From Myxococcota bacterium (GTDB taxonomy: Bacteria > Myxococcota_A > Polyangia > Nannocystales > Nannocystaceae): a stretch of 64,000 nt of DNA. The position numbers and the translations under genes were made by a program. The notes under the pieces are model-generated. The model was not told where the DNA came from. It was given only the letters and a program-made list of their open reading frames with translations, and did not search any database. Below are positions 37,084 through 47,562 of this stretch, one piece after another; the first letter of the stretch is position 1; the number at the start of each line of letters is the position of its first letter. The DNA lies in assembly GCA_039028615.1 (NCBI GenBank), contig JBCCHT010000003.1, forward strand, positions 256,001 through 320,000, in the 5' to 3' direction.

Positions 37084-37779
37084 TCAGTAGGTCAGCTTGG
37101 CGAAGGTGCCCGAGACGGTGCCGTCGAGGGTGAACTCGTGGCTGGGCTCGCCCACCAGCGTGCCCTTGGCGCCTTCGAGCTTCAGCTCGACTTTGCCCTC
37201 GGCGAGCTCGGCCGGGGTGGTGGTGATGGTGCCCGCGGTGAAGCTGACGGCGTGGGGTTTGTCGCCGTCGACCAGCGCCATGCCGGTCATGCCGGAGCCC
37301 TTCAGGTCGGTCGAGCCCCCGGCGAGGCCGGTCATCTGCAGGCGGAACACGGGCTTGCCGTCTTGGTGCAGCTGCGCCACGTAGACCAGGCCGAAGCCGC
37401 CCTTGCTCCGCGGTTGGATGTTGCCGCACGAGGCCGGGGCCCGGCCGGCATCCCACACCGGGTTCTTGTCGTAGGTCGCCCCGGCATCCAGCGCGACGGC
37501 GAAGGGCTTGCCGTCCACCGTCATCTTCAGGTCCGCGGTGGCATCGGAGACCTGCTTGGTCATCAGCACGCTGGTGCATGACGCGGGGGGACCCCCGGCG
37601 GGCGGGGGCTTGGCGGGTCCCTTGGCGTCGTCGGCCCCCTTCTCGGCCGCGTCTGCACCCTTGGCCTCGGCGTCGTCTTTGTCCTTCGCCTTGCTCTCGG
37701 CTTTTTCGCCGTCCCCTTTGTCACACGAGGGCACGAGCACGAGCAGGGGCACGGACAGGAGCAGGGCGGGGGCCTTCAT
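37084..37779 (-). CDS. Hypothetical lipoprotein
   Basis: MKAPALLL...PSC followed by a K/D/A-rich linker. Start inferred inside the longer ORF. Confidence 0.75.
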   Translation of the reverse strand: MKAPALLLSVPLLVLVPSCDKGDGEKAESKAKDKDDAEAKGADAAEKGADDAKGPAKPPPAGGPPASCTSVLMTKQVSDATADLKMTVDGKPFAVALDAGATYDKNPVWDAGRAPASCGNIQPRSKGGFGLVYVAQLHQDGKPVFRLQMTGLAGGSTDLKGSGMTGMALVDGDKPHAVSFTAGTITTTPAELAEGKVELKLEGAKGTLVGEPSHEFTLDGTVSGTFAKLTY

Positions 37780-37817
37780 GCTCCCGACACTACCGCGGTT
37801 CGTGCTCGCGGCGGGCG

Positions 37818-38906
37818 CTACCCGGCCACACGCCGCAGCAACCACTCGGCGCCGTAGCGATACCCGACCCGTTGCCAATAGCGCGAGAGGAACAAGGCCA
37901 GCCCGAAGAACCCGAAGATCGCGACGAGGCTCAGCGTGGATGACAGGTTTCGCCACCAGTCCCACCACTCGAACCGCGTCCACTCGCGGAACACGACCAC
38001 GTGCACGATGAGCAGCGTTAGCGAGATGCGGCCCAGCGTGACCAACGGGTTGCTCGGCTTGATGGTCCAGCGTTTCTCGATGCCCGAGACGATGGAGATG
38101 AGCAGCAGCGCGCCGCCGAGCAACAGGCCCGCGATGGCCACCGACGAAGGGAAGAACCCGAGGTGCAGCTCGAACGCGCGTTGCAGATACGCGTTGTCGA
38201 TGCCGACGTTGTAGACGAGCACGCGCCCCAGCCCGCCCAGAGCCGCGAACGACAGGCCCAAGATGGCGACGGGCGCGATCCGGCCGGCCCAGATCCAGCG
38301 CCCGGCACAGAACCCGGCCAGGTAAAAGCACAGCCAGGGCAAGATGGGGAACTGACCTTCGGCCAGCGCGAGTCGGAGCGGACCGCCGGGCATGGTCACG
38401 TCGCGCATGCGCGGGTTGGTGAGCGACAGCGGGGTGTCGAGCCACAGCTGCACCGCGACGGTGGAGGCCAGCACGGCGCCGCAGCCCATGAGCAGGGCCG
38501 GCGTGGGCAGCCGCCGCCACACGGGGGCCAGCGCCATGGCGAAGCCCATCATGTGCAGCACGAACCAGGAGCCCCACGAAAACCAGTTGGGGGTCATCAG
38601 GTTCAGCGCGAGGCCGAAGCCCATCAGGGCGATGCCGCGACGAATGAGGGTGATGTCGGTGCGGGGTCGGTTGGCGGCGACCATGAGCGCGCTACCGACC
38701 CCGGCCAGGCTGACGAACAAGGGCGCGGCCATGCCCCCCAAGGCGTTGAAGCCCACGAGCAGGGGGTAGTCCATCATCTTCTCGCCGCGGGCCGGGCCTT
38801 CCCACAGCCAGATCCCCACGTGCTGCTCGATCATGAGGAAGACCGCGATGCCGCGCAGAGCGTCGAGGGAGTGCAGGCGTCGCTTCTTGGCGGGGGCGTC
38901 GGTCAC
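37818..38906 (-). CDS. DUF1624/heparan-alpha-glucosaminide N-acetyltransferase-like membrane protein
   Basis: RLHSLDALRGIAVFLMIEQH, APLF..LAG, FPILPW, LGRISL; many TM segments. Confidence 0.85.
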   Translation of the reverse strand: MTDAPAKKRRLHSLDALRGIAVFLMIEQHVGIWLWEGPARGEKMMDYPLLVGFNALGGMAAPLFVSLAGVGSALMVAANRPRTDITLIRRGIALMGFGLALNLMTPNWFSWGSWFVLHMMGFAMALAPVWRRLPTPALLMGCGAVLASTVAVQLWLDTPLSLTNPRMRDVTMPGGPLRLALAEGQFPILPWLCFYLAGFCAGRWIWAGRIAPVAILGLSFAALGGLGRVLVYNVGIDNAYLQRAFELHLGFFPSSVAIAGLLLGGALLLISIVSGIEKRWTIKPSNPLVTLGRISLTLLIVHVVVFREWTRFEWWDWWRNLSSTLSLVAIFGFFGLALFLSRYWQRVGYRYGAEWLLRRVAG

Positions 38907-38985
38907 GGCGGACCGGAAGGATAACAGCCGACGATCGCTTTGACCGGGCCGCGGCGTGCTACCGTTTGATCGGCTCGACTGCGCC

Positions 38986-40218
38986 ATGACGGCGGCGCCC
39001 TCCACGATCTTCCACGTCGACATGGACGCGTTCTTTGCGTCCGTGGAGATCCGCGACGACCCTTCGCTGAAGGGCAAGCCGGTGCTGGTGGGCGGGGTCG
39101 GGCGCCGAGGCGTGGTCGCGGCGGCCAGCTACGAAGCGCGACGCTACGGGTGCCACTCGGCCCAGCCCATGGCCATCGCGCTGCGCAAGTGCCCCGATGC
39201 GGTGGTGCTGCCCACGCGCTTCGATGCCTACTCGGAGGCCTCGGCTCAGGTGTTCGAGATCTTCGATCGGTTCTCGCCCTTGGTCGAGGCGCTGTCGATC
39301 GACGAGGCGTTCATCGACATGAGCGGCACCGAACGCCTGCACGGCCCGCCCCGAGACGCGGCCGAGGGCCTGCGCGCGGCGGTCTTCGAGCGCACGCGCC
39401 TGACCTGCTCGGTGGGCATCTCGGCGGTGAAGTTCATCTCGAAGATCGCATCCGCGAAAAACAAGCCGGACGGAGTCACCGAGGTGCGGCCGGGCACGGA
39501 GCTGGAGTTTCTGGCGCCGCTGCCCATCGGCAAACTGTGGGGGGTCGGTCCCAAGACGGAGCAGCGACTGCGCGACCACGGGATCAAAGAGGTCGGCGAT
39601 CTGCGGCGAGTCGACGCCGAGACCCTCGAGCGATGGTTCGGCGAGCACGGGCTGCACCTGCATGCGCTCGCCAACGCTCGCGATCCTCGGGCGGTCGAGC
39701 CCGGCCGGGGCCGCAAGCAGGTGAGCCACGAGGACACCTATGGCACCGATGTGATGGGCGCGACGGCGCTACGCCGCAAGCTGCTGTCCCAGGCCACGCG
39801 GGTGGCGGATCGGCTGACCAACAAAGGGATCCGCGGGCGCAAGGTCCAGCTGAAGATCCGCGACACCACCTTCAAGACGGAGACGCGGCAGTGCACGCTG
39901 GCCAAGCCCACCAGCGAGGCGAAGGTGATCTACGACGCCGCCTGTGCGCTGCTGGCCGACATCGATCTCGACCGGCGACGGTTTCGGCTCACGGGAGTCG
40001 CGGTGGGAGCGTTGATCTTCGAGGCCGAGCCCGAGCAGCTCGACTTGCTGGCTTCGGTCGAGCCCGAGCGCGAAGCCAAGGGCGAGCGGCTCCAAGGGGT
40101 ACTCAGCGAGGTCCGCAAGAAGTTCGGGCACCAGGCGCTGTTTCCGGCCGAAGCGGGGGCGAGCGAGCGGGCGGGCTCGGCCGGCGGCTTCAGCAAGACG
40201 CTCGAGGACGAAGACTGA
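38986..40218 (+). CDS. dinB: DNA polymerase IV (Y family)
   Basis: HVDMDAFFASVE, AASYEAR, SIDEAF, KIAS..NKPDG, LWGVG. Confidence 0.95.
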   Translation: MTAAPSTIFHVDMDAFFASVEIRDDPSLKGKPVLVGGVGRRGVVAAASYEARRYGCHSAQPMAIALRKCPDAVVLPTRFDAYSEASAQVFEIFDRFSPLVEALSIDEAFIDMSGTERLHGPPRDAAEGLRAAVFERTRLTCSVGISAVKFISKIASAKNKPDGVTEVRPGTELEFLAPLPIGKLWGVGPKTEQRLRDHGIKEVGDLRRVDAETLERWFGEHGLHLHALANARDPRAVEPGRGRKQVSHEDTYGTDVMGATALRRKLLSQATRVADRLTNKGIRGRKVQLKIRDTTFKTETRQCTLAKPTSEAKVIYDAACALLADIDLDRRRFRLTGVAVGALIFEAEPEQLDLLASVEPEREAKGERLQGVLSEVRKKFGHQALFPAEAGASERAGSAGGFSKTLEDED

Positions 40219-40241
40219 GCCCGGGGTGATACCCTGGTTCG

Positions 40242-41564
40242 GTGTTTAGCTTACGGTTGGCTTCGCTGACGCTATTGGCCTTGGTCGCGTGTGGCCCGAG
40301 CGTGGGTCCGGGCGGTGCAGCGGACGGGTCGTCGGGAGCGGTGAGCCAGGACTCCTCGGGGACGGGAGGCTCGGGTGCCATCGCGGACGACACGACGAGT
40401 TCGCCGGTCGATCCGAGCACGACCACGGGCGAGTCGACGGAAAGCAGCGGCACCACGGCGGTGGACCCTTGCGAGCCCGGCCAGGGCTGGGTGTGGTCCC
40501 AGCGGTTCGACGACGAGGAGTCCATTGGCGTGTTCAACGATGTCTTGGCGCTGGGCTCGGACTTCGTTGCCATCGGCACCGGGACGGACGAGTCGACGGA
40601 CCAACCGACCTGGATTCGGCGATACGACTCTGCCGGGAATGAGCTCTGGCGGACGGAGCTCGCGGGGCCGGGGTTTCTCTCTCGAGGGGTGATCGTCGAC
40701 GGCGAGGATGTCGTCGTGTGCACGTGGGACAACGAACAGGGGCAGTTCGTGCGGCTGTCGGGAGAAGACGGCGCGGTGCTGTGGTCTCAGGAGCAGGGGC
40801 AGTTCTGGTGCTGGGGGCTCGCGACCGATGTCAGCGGGGTCACGACCGTCGTGGGGACCCATTTCTTCGATGGTCAGCCGAACATCGACGAAGTGAGGGC
40901 CATCGACGGCGCCGGGAGTCCTTTGTGGACCTGGGAGTCCACGCCGAATCCCGGGACCGAGCTCGATGGGGTGACCATGGTCGATGGCGAGACGGTCGTG
41001 GTCGGCGACTTGCACGACGAATTCGGAGCCGACCGGGTTCGGCTCGCCCGACTGGATGCGCAGGGGCAGCTACTGTGGTCGACGACCTATGAGGGCGTCG
41101 TGTTCCCGAGCGAGCTGCGAGCGACCGAGATTGCCATCGAACCTGGGGGCGACATCGTGCTTGCTGGTCGCCAGCGACTCGGAGTTACGGGAGGAACCGA
41201 CCTGGTGGTTTGGCGCAGCACATCCGAAGGCGAGTTGGTGTGGATGACCGTGCATGACTTCGGCCATCCCGATGACCGCGTTCGCGACCTCTTGATATCC
41301 CCCAGGGGGGACATCATCGTGACGGGGGGAGTCGGCGATCAGAATCCCGCGCGTGGCAACATCCTTGGGGCCTTCGACGTGCTGCTGGCTTCGTTCGCCA
41401 GCGCCGATGGATCGCTCCAGTGGTCCGACACCCTCGGGTTGACGGAGATCGACTTCGGTCGCGGCTTGGTGCTCGACGAGTGCGGTGGCTTGATCGTGGG
41501 GGGCAGCTCGTTCGAGGAGAAGGAGTACGCATCCCGACCGTGGCTTGGCCGCTACATGCCGTAG
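40242..41564 (+). CDS. Beta-propeller lipoprotein
   Basis: LVAC lipobox; repeated D..G..LW blades. Confidence 0.8.
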   Translation: MFSLRLASLTLLALVACGPSVGPGGAADGSSGAVSQDSSGTGGSGAIADDTTSSPVDPSTTTGESTESSGTTAVDPCEPGQGWVWSQRFDDEESIGVFNDVLALGSDFVAIGTGTDESTDQPTWIRRYDSAGNELWRTELAGPGFLSRGVIVDGEDVVVCTWDNEQGQFVRLSGEDGAVLWSQEQGQFWCWGLATDVSGVTTVVGTHFFDGQPNIDEVRAIDGAGSPLWTWESTPNPGTELDGVTMVDGETVVVGDLHDEFGADRVRLARLDAQGQLLWSTTYEGVVFPSELRATEIAIEPGGDIVLAGRQRLGVTGGTDLVVWRSTSEGELVWMTVHDFGHPDDRVRDLLISPRGDIIVTGGVGDQNPARGNILGAFDVLLASFASADGSLQWSDTLGLTEIDFGRGLVLDECGGLIVGGSSFEEKEYASRPWLGRYMP

Positions 41565-41693
41565 CGCTCGAGCCCCGAAAACTCGAACCGATCGGCGAGG
41601 CTCGAACCCCTCGCACGCAGCGGCGCATCTTGCGGGGGCGCTGGCGCGTGTCGATCAATGACTATGTAATTACTGGATAAATTTCGATCTAAA

Positions 41694-41743
41694 TTGACTA
41701 TGAACTCATCGGTCATAAAATGACCAAGCAGTTCACAGTTCAA
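41694..41743. promoter_or_regulatory. Long imperfect inverted repeat, likely TetR operator/promoter
   Basis: TTGACTATGAACT...GGTCAT-AAA-ATGACC...AGTTCACAGTTCAA in AT-rich DNA immediately before the TetR start. Confidence 0.65.
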
Positions 41744-41746
41744 ATC

Positions 41747-42427
41747 ATGGGTCGACCACAACGCCGAGAGCGGGAACGTCAGCGTCGCCGCGAAGAGATC
41801 TGGGCCGCCGCCGAGCGAGTGTCGTCGGCCCACGGCTACGCGGGCTCCACCATGCAGCAGATCGCCGACGAGGCCGAGCTCAGCAAGGGCACGCTGTACC
41901 TGCACTTCGACAGCAAGGCCGCGTTGTTCGGCAGCGTGCTCGAGCACGAGCAGCTGCGATCGCTGCGGCGTGTGCAGGAGGCCGCAGCCGAGTCCACCAG
42001 CGGCCTCGCGCGACTGTGGAAGGTCGGCCTTGCCTACTGCGAGTTCATCGATCTGCACCCCGGCTTCGCCCGCTTGTTGCTCAGCCTCACCGCCATTCCC
42101 GGCGTGGCCGCGGACGAAGATGGCCTACTCACCGAGACCTTCCTCGACGCAGAGCGGCAGGAGGCCCAGCTCGTTCGGGAGATCATCGCGGCGGGTCACG
42201 AAGACGAGACGCTACGTCCAGAGCTGACGGCACCGCAATTCGAACGCCTCTGGTTCAGCCTGTTGGCGGTGCATGCCTCCGAGACGCTCTCACAGTTGAT
42301 GCCTACGCTCGCGCCCGGCGAGACCGTCCGTGAGCCGGACCCGCACGCCGTCCTCGACCATATGGAGGCCCTGTTTCGCGGGTGGGCCACTCGACCCGAA
42401 GATGTTTCACGTTTGCGCCGCGCTTGA
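41747..42427 (+). CDS. TetR/AcrR regulator
   Basis: TMQQIADEAELSKGTLYLHFDSK helix-turn-helix. Confidence 0.93.
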   Translation: MGRPQRRERERQRRREEIWAAAERVSSAHGYAGSTMQQIADEAELSKGTLYLHFDSKAALFGSVLEHEQLRSLRRVQEAAAESTSGLARLWKVGLAYCEFIDLHPGFARLLLSLTAIPGVAADEDGLLTETFLDAERQEAQLVREIIAAGHEDETLRPELTAPQFERLWFSLLAVHASETLSQLMPTLAPGETVREPDPHAVLDHMEALFRGWATRPEDVSRLRRA

Positions 42428-42510
42428 TCGTTTCACTCGGCGTCGCTCGTTCCTCTCCTCATCCCACGACTGTGCCACCGTATCGTGGCGCTCCCCATCG
42501 ACGAATCACC

Positions 42511-43332
42511 ATGCGCATCCCATTGGTTACGGCTTTGTTGTGCCTTCTTCCGCTTTCCTGTGCCCACGGGCCCACGCCCGCGAGGACCCAGCCCGACGCC
42601 GCGAGTCACGAGGCCCAGCCCGGCCACGAGTGGAGCTACGAAGGCGAGGCGGGTCCCGAGCACTGGGCCGAGCTCGAGGGGGCCGAGTGCTCCGGCCAGC
42701 GGCAGTCGCCGATCAACATCATCGAGACGAATACCGTGTTCACCGAGCAGACCGTCTCGGACGCGGGGGAGCTGCACTACGCCGAGTCCACGCACATCGA
42801 GTCGGTGACCAACAACGGCCACACCATTCGCTACGACTTCCGTCCGGGTGACAACTACTTGCGCGCCGAGGACCAGCGCTTCGACCTGATGCAGGTCCAC
42901 TTTCACGCGCCGTCCGAGCACACCATCAACGGGGTTCGTTATCCGCTCGAGATGCACCTGGTGCACCGCACCGACGACGGTGACTTCCTGGTCTATGCGA
43001 TCCTGGCCCAGCAGGGAGAGCCGAGCGCGGAGGCCCAGTTCCTCACTCGCCACCTTCCAGTACAGCCGGGGGAGAGCCGCCCCGTGGCCGAGAGCCACAC
43101 CTTCGAGGATGGCGGCGACTCGACCTTCTTCTACTACGAGGGCTCGCTGACCACTCCGCCGTGCACGGAGCGAGTGCACTGGGTCGTGTTCCGCGAGCCG
43201 GTGTCCGTGGGTGAAGAGCAGCTGGCCACGCTGCAGACGTTGATGCCGAAGGACAACTACCGCGATGCTCAGCCGCTCAATGGGCGCACCGTGTATCGCG
43301 GACACGAGCCGGCCGAGTCCTCGGGCGATTGA
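42511..43332 (+). CDS. Alpha-class carbonic anhydrase lipoprotein
   Basis: WSYEG, QSPINI, NNGHT, HFH..SEH, EMHLVH, YEGSLTTPPCTE, NYR..QPLNGR. Confidence 0.95.
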   Translation: MRIPLVTALLCLLPLSCAHGPTPARTQPDAASHEAQPGHEWSYEGEAGPEHWAELEGAECSGQRQSPINIIETNTVFTEQTVSDAGELHYAESTHIESVTNNGHTIRYDFRPGDNYLRAEDQRFDLMQVHFHAPSEHTINGVRYPLEMHLVHRTDDGDFLVYAILAQQGEPSAEAQFLTRHLPVQPGESRPVAESHTFEDGGDSTFFYYEGSLTTPPCTERVHWVVFREPVSVGEEQLATLQTLMPKDNYRDAQPLNGRTVYRGHEPAESSGD

Positions 43333-43652
43333 ACCTCTCGAAGCGGCGCGGCGAGGTGAGGGCGACGGCCCTCAGCGACTGGGGTGATCGGTGCTCGGGA
43401 ATGAAACCGGGGGCCGACTTCGATCGTTGGGAACCCGTTGGCTCCTGGGTCGTATAACGCCTTGGAATCGCCGTCCGTGGCGGTTTCACCCGGTCCACCC
43501 TTACGTCCAAGTACTTCGAGAGCACCCCGGAGGTGAGCGGCGACGCCCCCTGGGATGGCTCGGCGCGGTCTCCATTCATCCTCGGCGCGCGGGGTTGATC
43601 GAGCATCGGGTCGGGTCGCGCCGATCCGTGTCGCCGCCAGAGGAATCGTCGC

Positions 43653-46600
43653 ATGTCCATGTGCTCGAATGCCGCCGTGCTCGCACGGCGGGTCAAATCG
43701 TCGCGCCCGCTGCCGCTCGTGCGGCTGAGCTGGCTGGTCGCAATCCTGTGGGGAGTCGCCAGCGTCGCCGTGGCCGCAGAGCCCAAGTCCAAGCTCCGCT
43801 ACGGCCGCAAGGTCGACAAGGTCCGCACCCGCGGCGAGCTCGATGCCAAGTTCAAAAAGGCGCTCAAGGAGGCCGAGGAGGCCAAGCGCAACGGCAATGC
43901 GCCCTCCATGACGGGCGTCCAGCTGCCCCGCAAGCGCACCGACATCACGCTGGCCGCCATCGATGCCCAGCTGCTCACCATGCGAGCGCTGATCGAAGAG
44001 GCGGGCCCCGACGACAAAGAGTATCCCGAGTTCTTGTTCCGCTACGCCGACCTGCACCTCGATCGCAAGGCGATCCTCGAGGACCAGGCGGGGGCGCTCT
44101 TCGAGCGGATCCACGAGCTGAAAGAGGCGGGCAAGAAGGACGCGGCCAAGCAGGCCCGCGCCAAGCAGGCCAAGCTGCAGCGCATGGCCAAGGAGGCCAG
44201 CGAATCGGCGGCCAAGGCCTACGGGGCGCTGGCGGGCGGCGAGCGCTGGTCCAAGTGGCACCGCATGGACGAAGCCCTGTACTACTACGCGTTCGAGCTG
44301 GGGCAGCTGGGGCGTGAGGCGAAGATGCAGGAGGTCTTCGTGCAGCTGCTGCGCGACCACCCCACCAGCCGCTTCGTGCCGCAGGTCTTCATCAGCTTCG
44401 GTGACCAGCGCTTCGAGGCGGGCAAGGTCGACGACGCGCTCGCGCTCTACCAAAAGGTCATCGACGGCTACAAAGACAGCCCCGTGTACGCGTATGCCGT
44501 CTACAAGTCGGCCTGGTGCTACCTCAACCCGGTCGGGACGGCCGAGCCCGACTACGCCCGTGCGCTCGAGCGCTTCGTCGCCACCGTCGAGGCCACGCTC
44601 GAGGGGCGGGCGGGCAGCGAGGCCAACGGCGCCCAGCTCCGCCGTGATGCCCGGCGAGACATGGTCTTGGCCTACGTGCACGCGGCCAAGCCCTCCAAGG
44701 CGTGGGACTTCTTCGGCAAGGTGGGGCGGGGGCCCACCGCCGACCAGGAAATGCGCCGCGAGATGATGGTGCGCCTGGCCGCCACCTACTTCGGCGAGGG
44801 CATGTATGTCGAGTCCACCGCCACCTATCACCGCCTCCGCGACGAGCTGCCCGAGGACGCCGACCGCTGCGAGTGGCAGTACCGCGTGGTCATCAACGCC
44901 TTGGCCACCGACGACCCGAAGATCCAGTGGAAGGAGACGCAGGCGCTCAGCCTGGAGTGGGAGCAGATGAGCGGCAGCGATCAGCCCAAGCGCGTGCGCA
45001 AGGGGTGCCGCGATCACGCTCACGATTCCCTGCAGCGCATGGCCACGGTGTGGCACGAGGAAGGGGACAAGACCCACCGCCCAGAGATCTTCTCCTTGGC
45101 CGACCAGGCCTACGGCGAGTATCTGAAGCGCTTCCCCAAGTCCAAGTCGGCCTACGAGATGCAGTACTGGCACGGCGAGCTGCTGTGGCAGTACGGCGAG
45201 ATGCTCTACGACGATCGCGATCGGTCCGCGCAGGAGCGCGGCCGGGCGATGTTCCGCTCCGCCCACGACGCGTTCGTGCGTTCGCTCGAGATGAAGCCCA
45301 AGGGCAAGCACAGCGGTGAGGCGGCCTACGCCCAGATGCTGAGCATGAAGAACTACCTCGAGTACGACGAGACGGGCGGCAAGGGGCGGGCATGCAAGCC
45401 GCAGAGCGACGGCACCTGCGTCTACGCCACCTCCAACGACCGACGCACGGGCAACGACGAGCGGCTCGACGCCTCCGATCGATTCCCGATCAAGCCGTAT
45501 ACCGAAGACGAGACGCTCATGCTCGAGGCGTACGCGCGCTTCGAGAAATACGCCGAGGTCGCGGCCAAGGCCCATCCCGAGGAGGCGCCCAAGATCCTCT
45601 TCCATCGCGCGGTGCTCATGGTCGAGCACAACCGCTTCGACGAGGCTCGGCCCGTGCTCGAGGCCTTGATCGAGCAGCACGACGGCACCGTGTTCTCCGT
45701 GTGGGGGGCCGAGATGCTCATCGACACGCTCACCATCGCCTGGGCCGATACCCAGCAGACCCCGGAGCAGATGGTGAAGTCGGGCAAGGAGCTCGAGACC
45801 TGGGTCCGTCGCCTCGAGACGATGAAGCTGTACCGCCATGCGCAGGCCAAGACCCTGCGGGAGCACGCCCCGAGCCTGCTGGCATCCATCGGCTGGCGCG
45901 AGGCCGAGAACTGCCACGCGCAGGCCCAGCGCGGCGAGCAGTCCGAGAGCTTCGGCCGCTGTGCGCGGCTGTATCTCGACATCTACGACGAGCACGAGGA
46001 TCACGATCGCGCCGACGAGCTGCTGTTCAACGCGGCCCGATCCTTCGAGGCCGGCCACGAGATGGGCAACGCGATCTTGGCCCGCAACGCGCTGCTCGAG
46101 CACCATCCCGAGTCCACGCTCGCCAAGCAGACCCTGCGCGAGGTCGGCGAGAACTACCACGCCATCGCTTTTTACGACCGGGCGGCGCAGCGCTACGAGC
46201 AGTACGCCGAGCAGTATCAGGGCGACGACTACTCGGGCACGGCGCTCGAGAACGCGTTCCTGTTCCGCCTGGGCCTGGGCCAGAGCAACGAGGCGGCCGA
46301 CGACCTGAAGCGCTACGAGGGACTCTATCGTCGCAAAGACCCCAAGCGTGCGGCCGGCATCTTCTGGGCGCGCCACGACCTACTCGCCGATCCCGACGAG
46401 CAGCTGAAGCACGCCGAGGACTACATCCAGACCTACGGCAAGCGGGGCGGGGCCGATCGGCTCGCGGTGGCACACGCCACCGCCGGGCAGGTGCTGTGGC
46501 GCCGTTCATGTCCCAAGACGCTGCTGGGGGACGTCTGTGCCTCCATCAAGCGCGAGCGAGCGACGGTGGGCGAAGACACCCGGCAGCAGGCGGCGGATCT

Positions 46601-47402
46601 TCGTCGTCGCAACGGGCGGGCCGCCATTCCCAAGCGCTGCGGCACCTCGACCCAGGGCGTGATCACGGTGCATCGCCGCGATCCCAAGCTGGCCGCGGCG
46701 GCGCAGAAGCACTTCGACCGGGTGCTCACCCTCGCCAAGCGAGCCGAGCCCCCGGCCGACGATGCCGACCGTGCGACCGCCTACCGCGACGCGGTGGGGT
46801 CGGCGATGGTGTATCGCACCGACGCTCGCTACGAGGAGTACCTGCGCATCGAGATGCCGGAGAACCTCGACTTTTACATCGAGGAGTGGAAGAAGGGCTC
46901 CGGGCTCCCTCGCTACGAGCGTCAGTATCGGGCGCAGGTGGCTCGGGTCAAAGACACCCGCGAGCGGCTCCAGGCCTTCCTCGACTCCAAGACGGCCATT
47001 CGCGACGAGCTGATCGGCGACTACGGCAAGGTGCTCGACAGCGGGAGCCCGCACTGGGTGCTGGCCTCGGCCGCGCGCTCGGCCGTGGTGTTCCAGACCT
47101 TCGCCGACCAGCTGTATCGCGCCGAGGTTCCGCGGACGCTCAAGACCGAAGAGGCCTACGACGATTACTGCTTCGGTCTGGGAGACTACGCCCAGCCCTT
47201 GCAGGAGGCGGCGACCAACGCCCTGCGCTACTGCCTCGAGCGCTCCACGAAGTACCAGTACTTCAACGAGTTCTCGCGCATGTGTGAAGAGGAGCTCCAG
47301 CAGCGGTCCCCGGGCGAGTTCCCGGCGACCAACGAGATCTTCGGAGAGAGCGAATACACCCGGGCGCGGCTGGATGTCGCGGGGGTCCAGCTCGATCTGT
47401 AG
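43653..47402 (+). CDS. Large exported TPR protein, AgmU/GltD-like gliding-motility family
   Basis: Signal peptide and many TPR units; C-terminal W..ASAAR......FADQLYRAEVP...C...L pattern recalled from myxobacterial Glt TPR proteins. Confidence 0.8.
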   Translation: MSMCSNAAVLARRVKSSRPLPLVRLSWLVAILWGVASVAVAAEPKSKLRYGRKVDKVRTRGELDAKFKKALKEAEEAKRNGNAPSMTGVQLPRKRTDITLAAIDAQLLTMRALIEEAGPDDKEYPEFLFRYADLHLDRKAILEDQAGALFERIHELKEAGKKDAAKQARAKQAKLQRMAKEASESAAKAYGALAGGERWSKWHRMDEALYYYAFELGQLGREAKMQEVFVQLLRDHPTSRFVPQVFISFGDQRFEAGKVDDALALYQKVIDGYKDSPVYAYAVYKSAWCYLNPVGTAEPDYARALERFVATVEATLEGRAGSEANGAQLRRDARRDMVLAYVHAAKPSKAWDFFGKVGRGPTADQEMRREMMVRLAATYFGEGMYVESTATYHRLRDELPEDADRCEWQYRVVINALATDDPKIQWKETQALSLEWEQMSGSDQPKRVRKGCRDHAHDSLQRMATVWHEEGDKTHRPEIFSLADQAYGEYLKRFPKSKSAYEMQYWHGELLWQYGEMLYDDRDRSAQERGRAMFRSAHDAFVRSLEMKPKGKHSGEAAYAQMLSMKNYLEYDETGGKGRACKPQSDGTCVYATSNDRRTGNDERLDASDRFPIKPYTEDETLMLEAYARFEKYAEVAAKAHPEEAPKILFHRAVLMVEHNRFDEARPVLEALIEQHDGTVFSVWGAEMLIDTLTIAWADTQQTPEQMVKSGKELETWVRRLETMKLYRHAQAKTLREHAPSLLASIGWREAENCHAQAQRGEQSESFGRCARLYLDIYDEHEDHDRADELLFNAARSFEAGHEMGNAILARNALLEHHPESTLAKQTLREVGENYHAIAFYDRAAQRYEQYAEQYQGDDYSGTALENAFLFRLGLGQSNEAADDLKRYEGLYRRKDPKRAAGIFWARHDLLADPDEQLKHAEDYIQTYGKRGGADRLAVAHATAGQVLWRRSCPKTLLGDVCASIKRERATVGEDTRQQAADLRRRNGRAAIPKRCGTSTQGVITVHRRDPKLAAAAQKHFDRVLTLAKRAEPPADDADRATAYRDAVGSAMVYRTDARYEEYLRIEMPENLDFYIEEWKKGSGLPRYERQYRAQVARVKDTRERLQAFLDSKTAIRDELIGDYGKVLDSGSPHWVLASAARSAVVFQTFADQLYRAEVPRTLKTEEAYDDYCFGLGDYAQPLQEAATNALRYCLERSTKYQYFNEFSRMCEEELQQRSPGEFPATNEIFGESEYTRARLDVAGVQLDL

Positions 47403-47562
47403 CGACGTCCGGTTCGGGGGCGCGGGGGGAGGTTCGCCGAGCGGGCCTTCCCCCGCGGCATTTTCGACGGGTGCGTTCAGCCGATGTCGTGATCGGACAA
47501 CCGATTGTCAGGGTCGGGCACTGCTCGTCGGGGCGTCGAGAGGTCACGCTGAGGGCGTGTCG

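Noticed and set aside
38907..38985. LexA/SOS box before dinB
   Set aside because: No convincing palindrome seen in the short divergent spacer.
43333..43652. Structured ncRNA in the intergenic region
   Set aside because: Only short GC hairpins and no recognisable family motif; an Rfam scan would be needed.
43269..46376. Very long antisense ORFs (also 2902-4626, 4741-6765, 30087-32513, 32859-35339, 62130-63962)
   Set aside because: Shadow frames opposite clearly recognisable genes, as expected in high-GC DNA.
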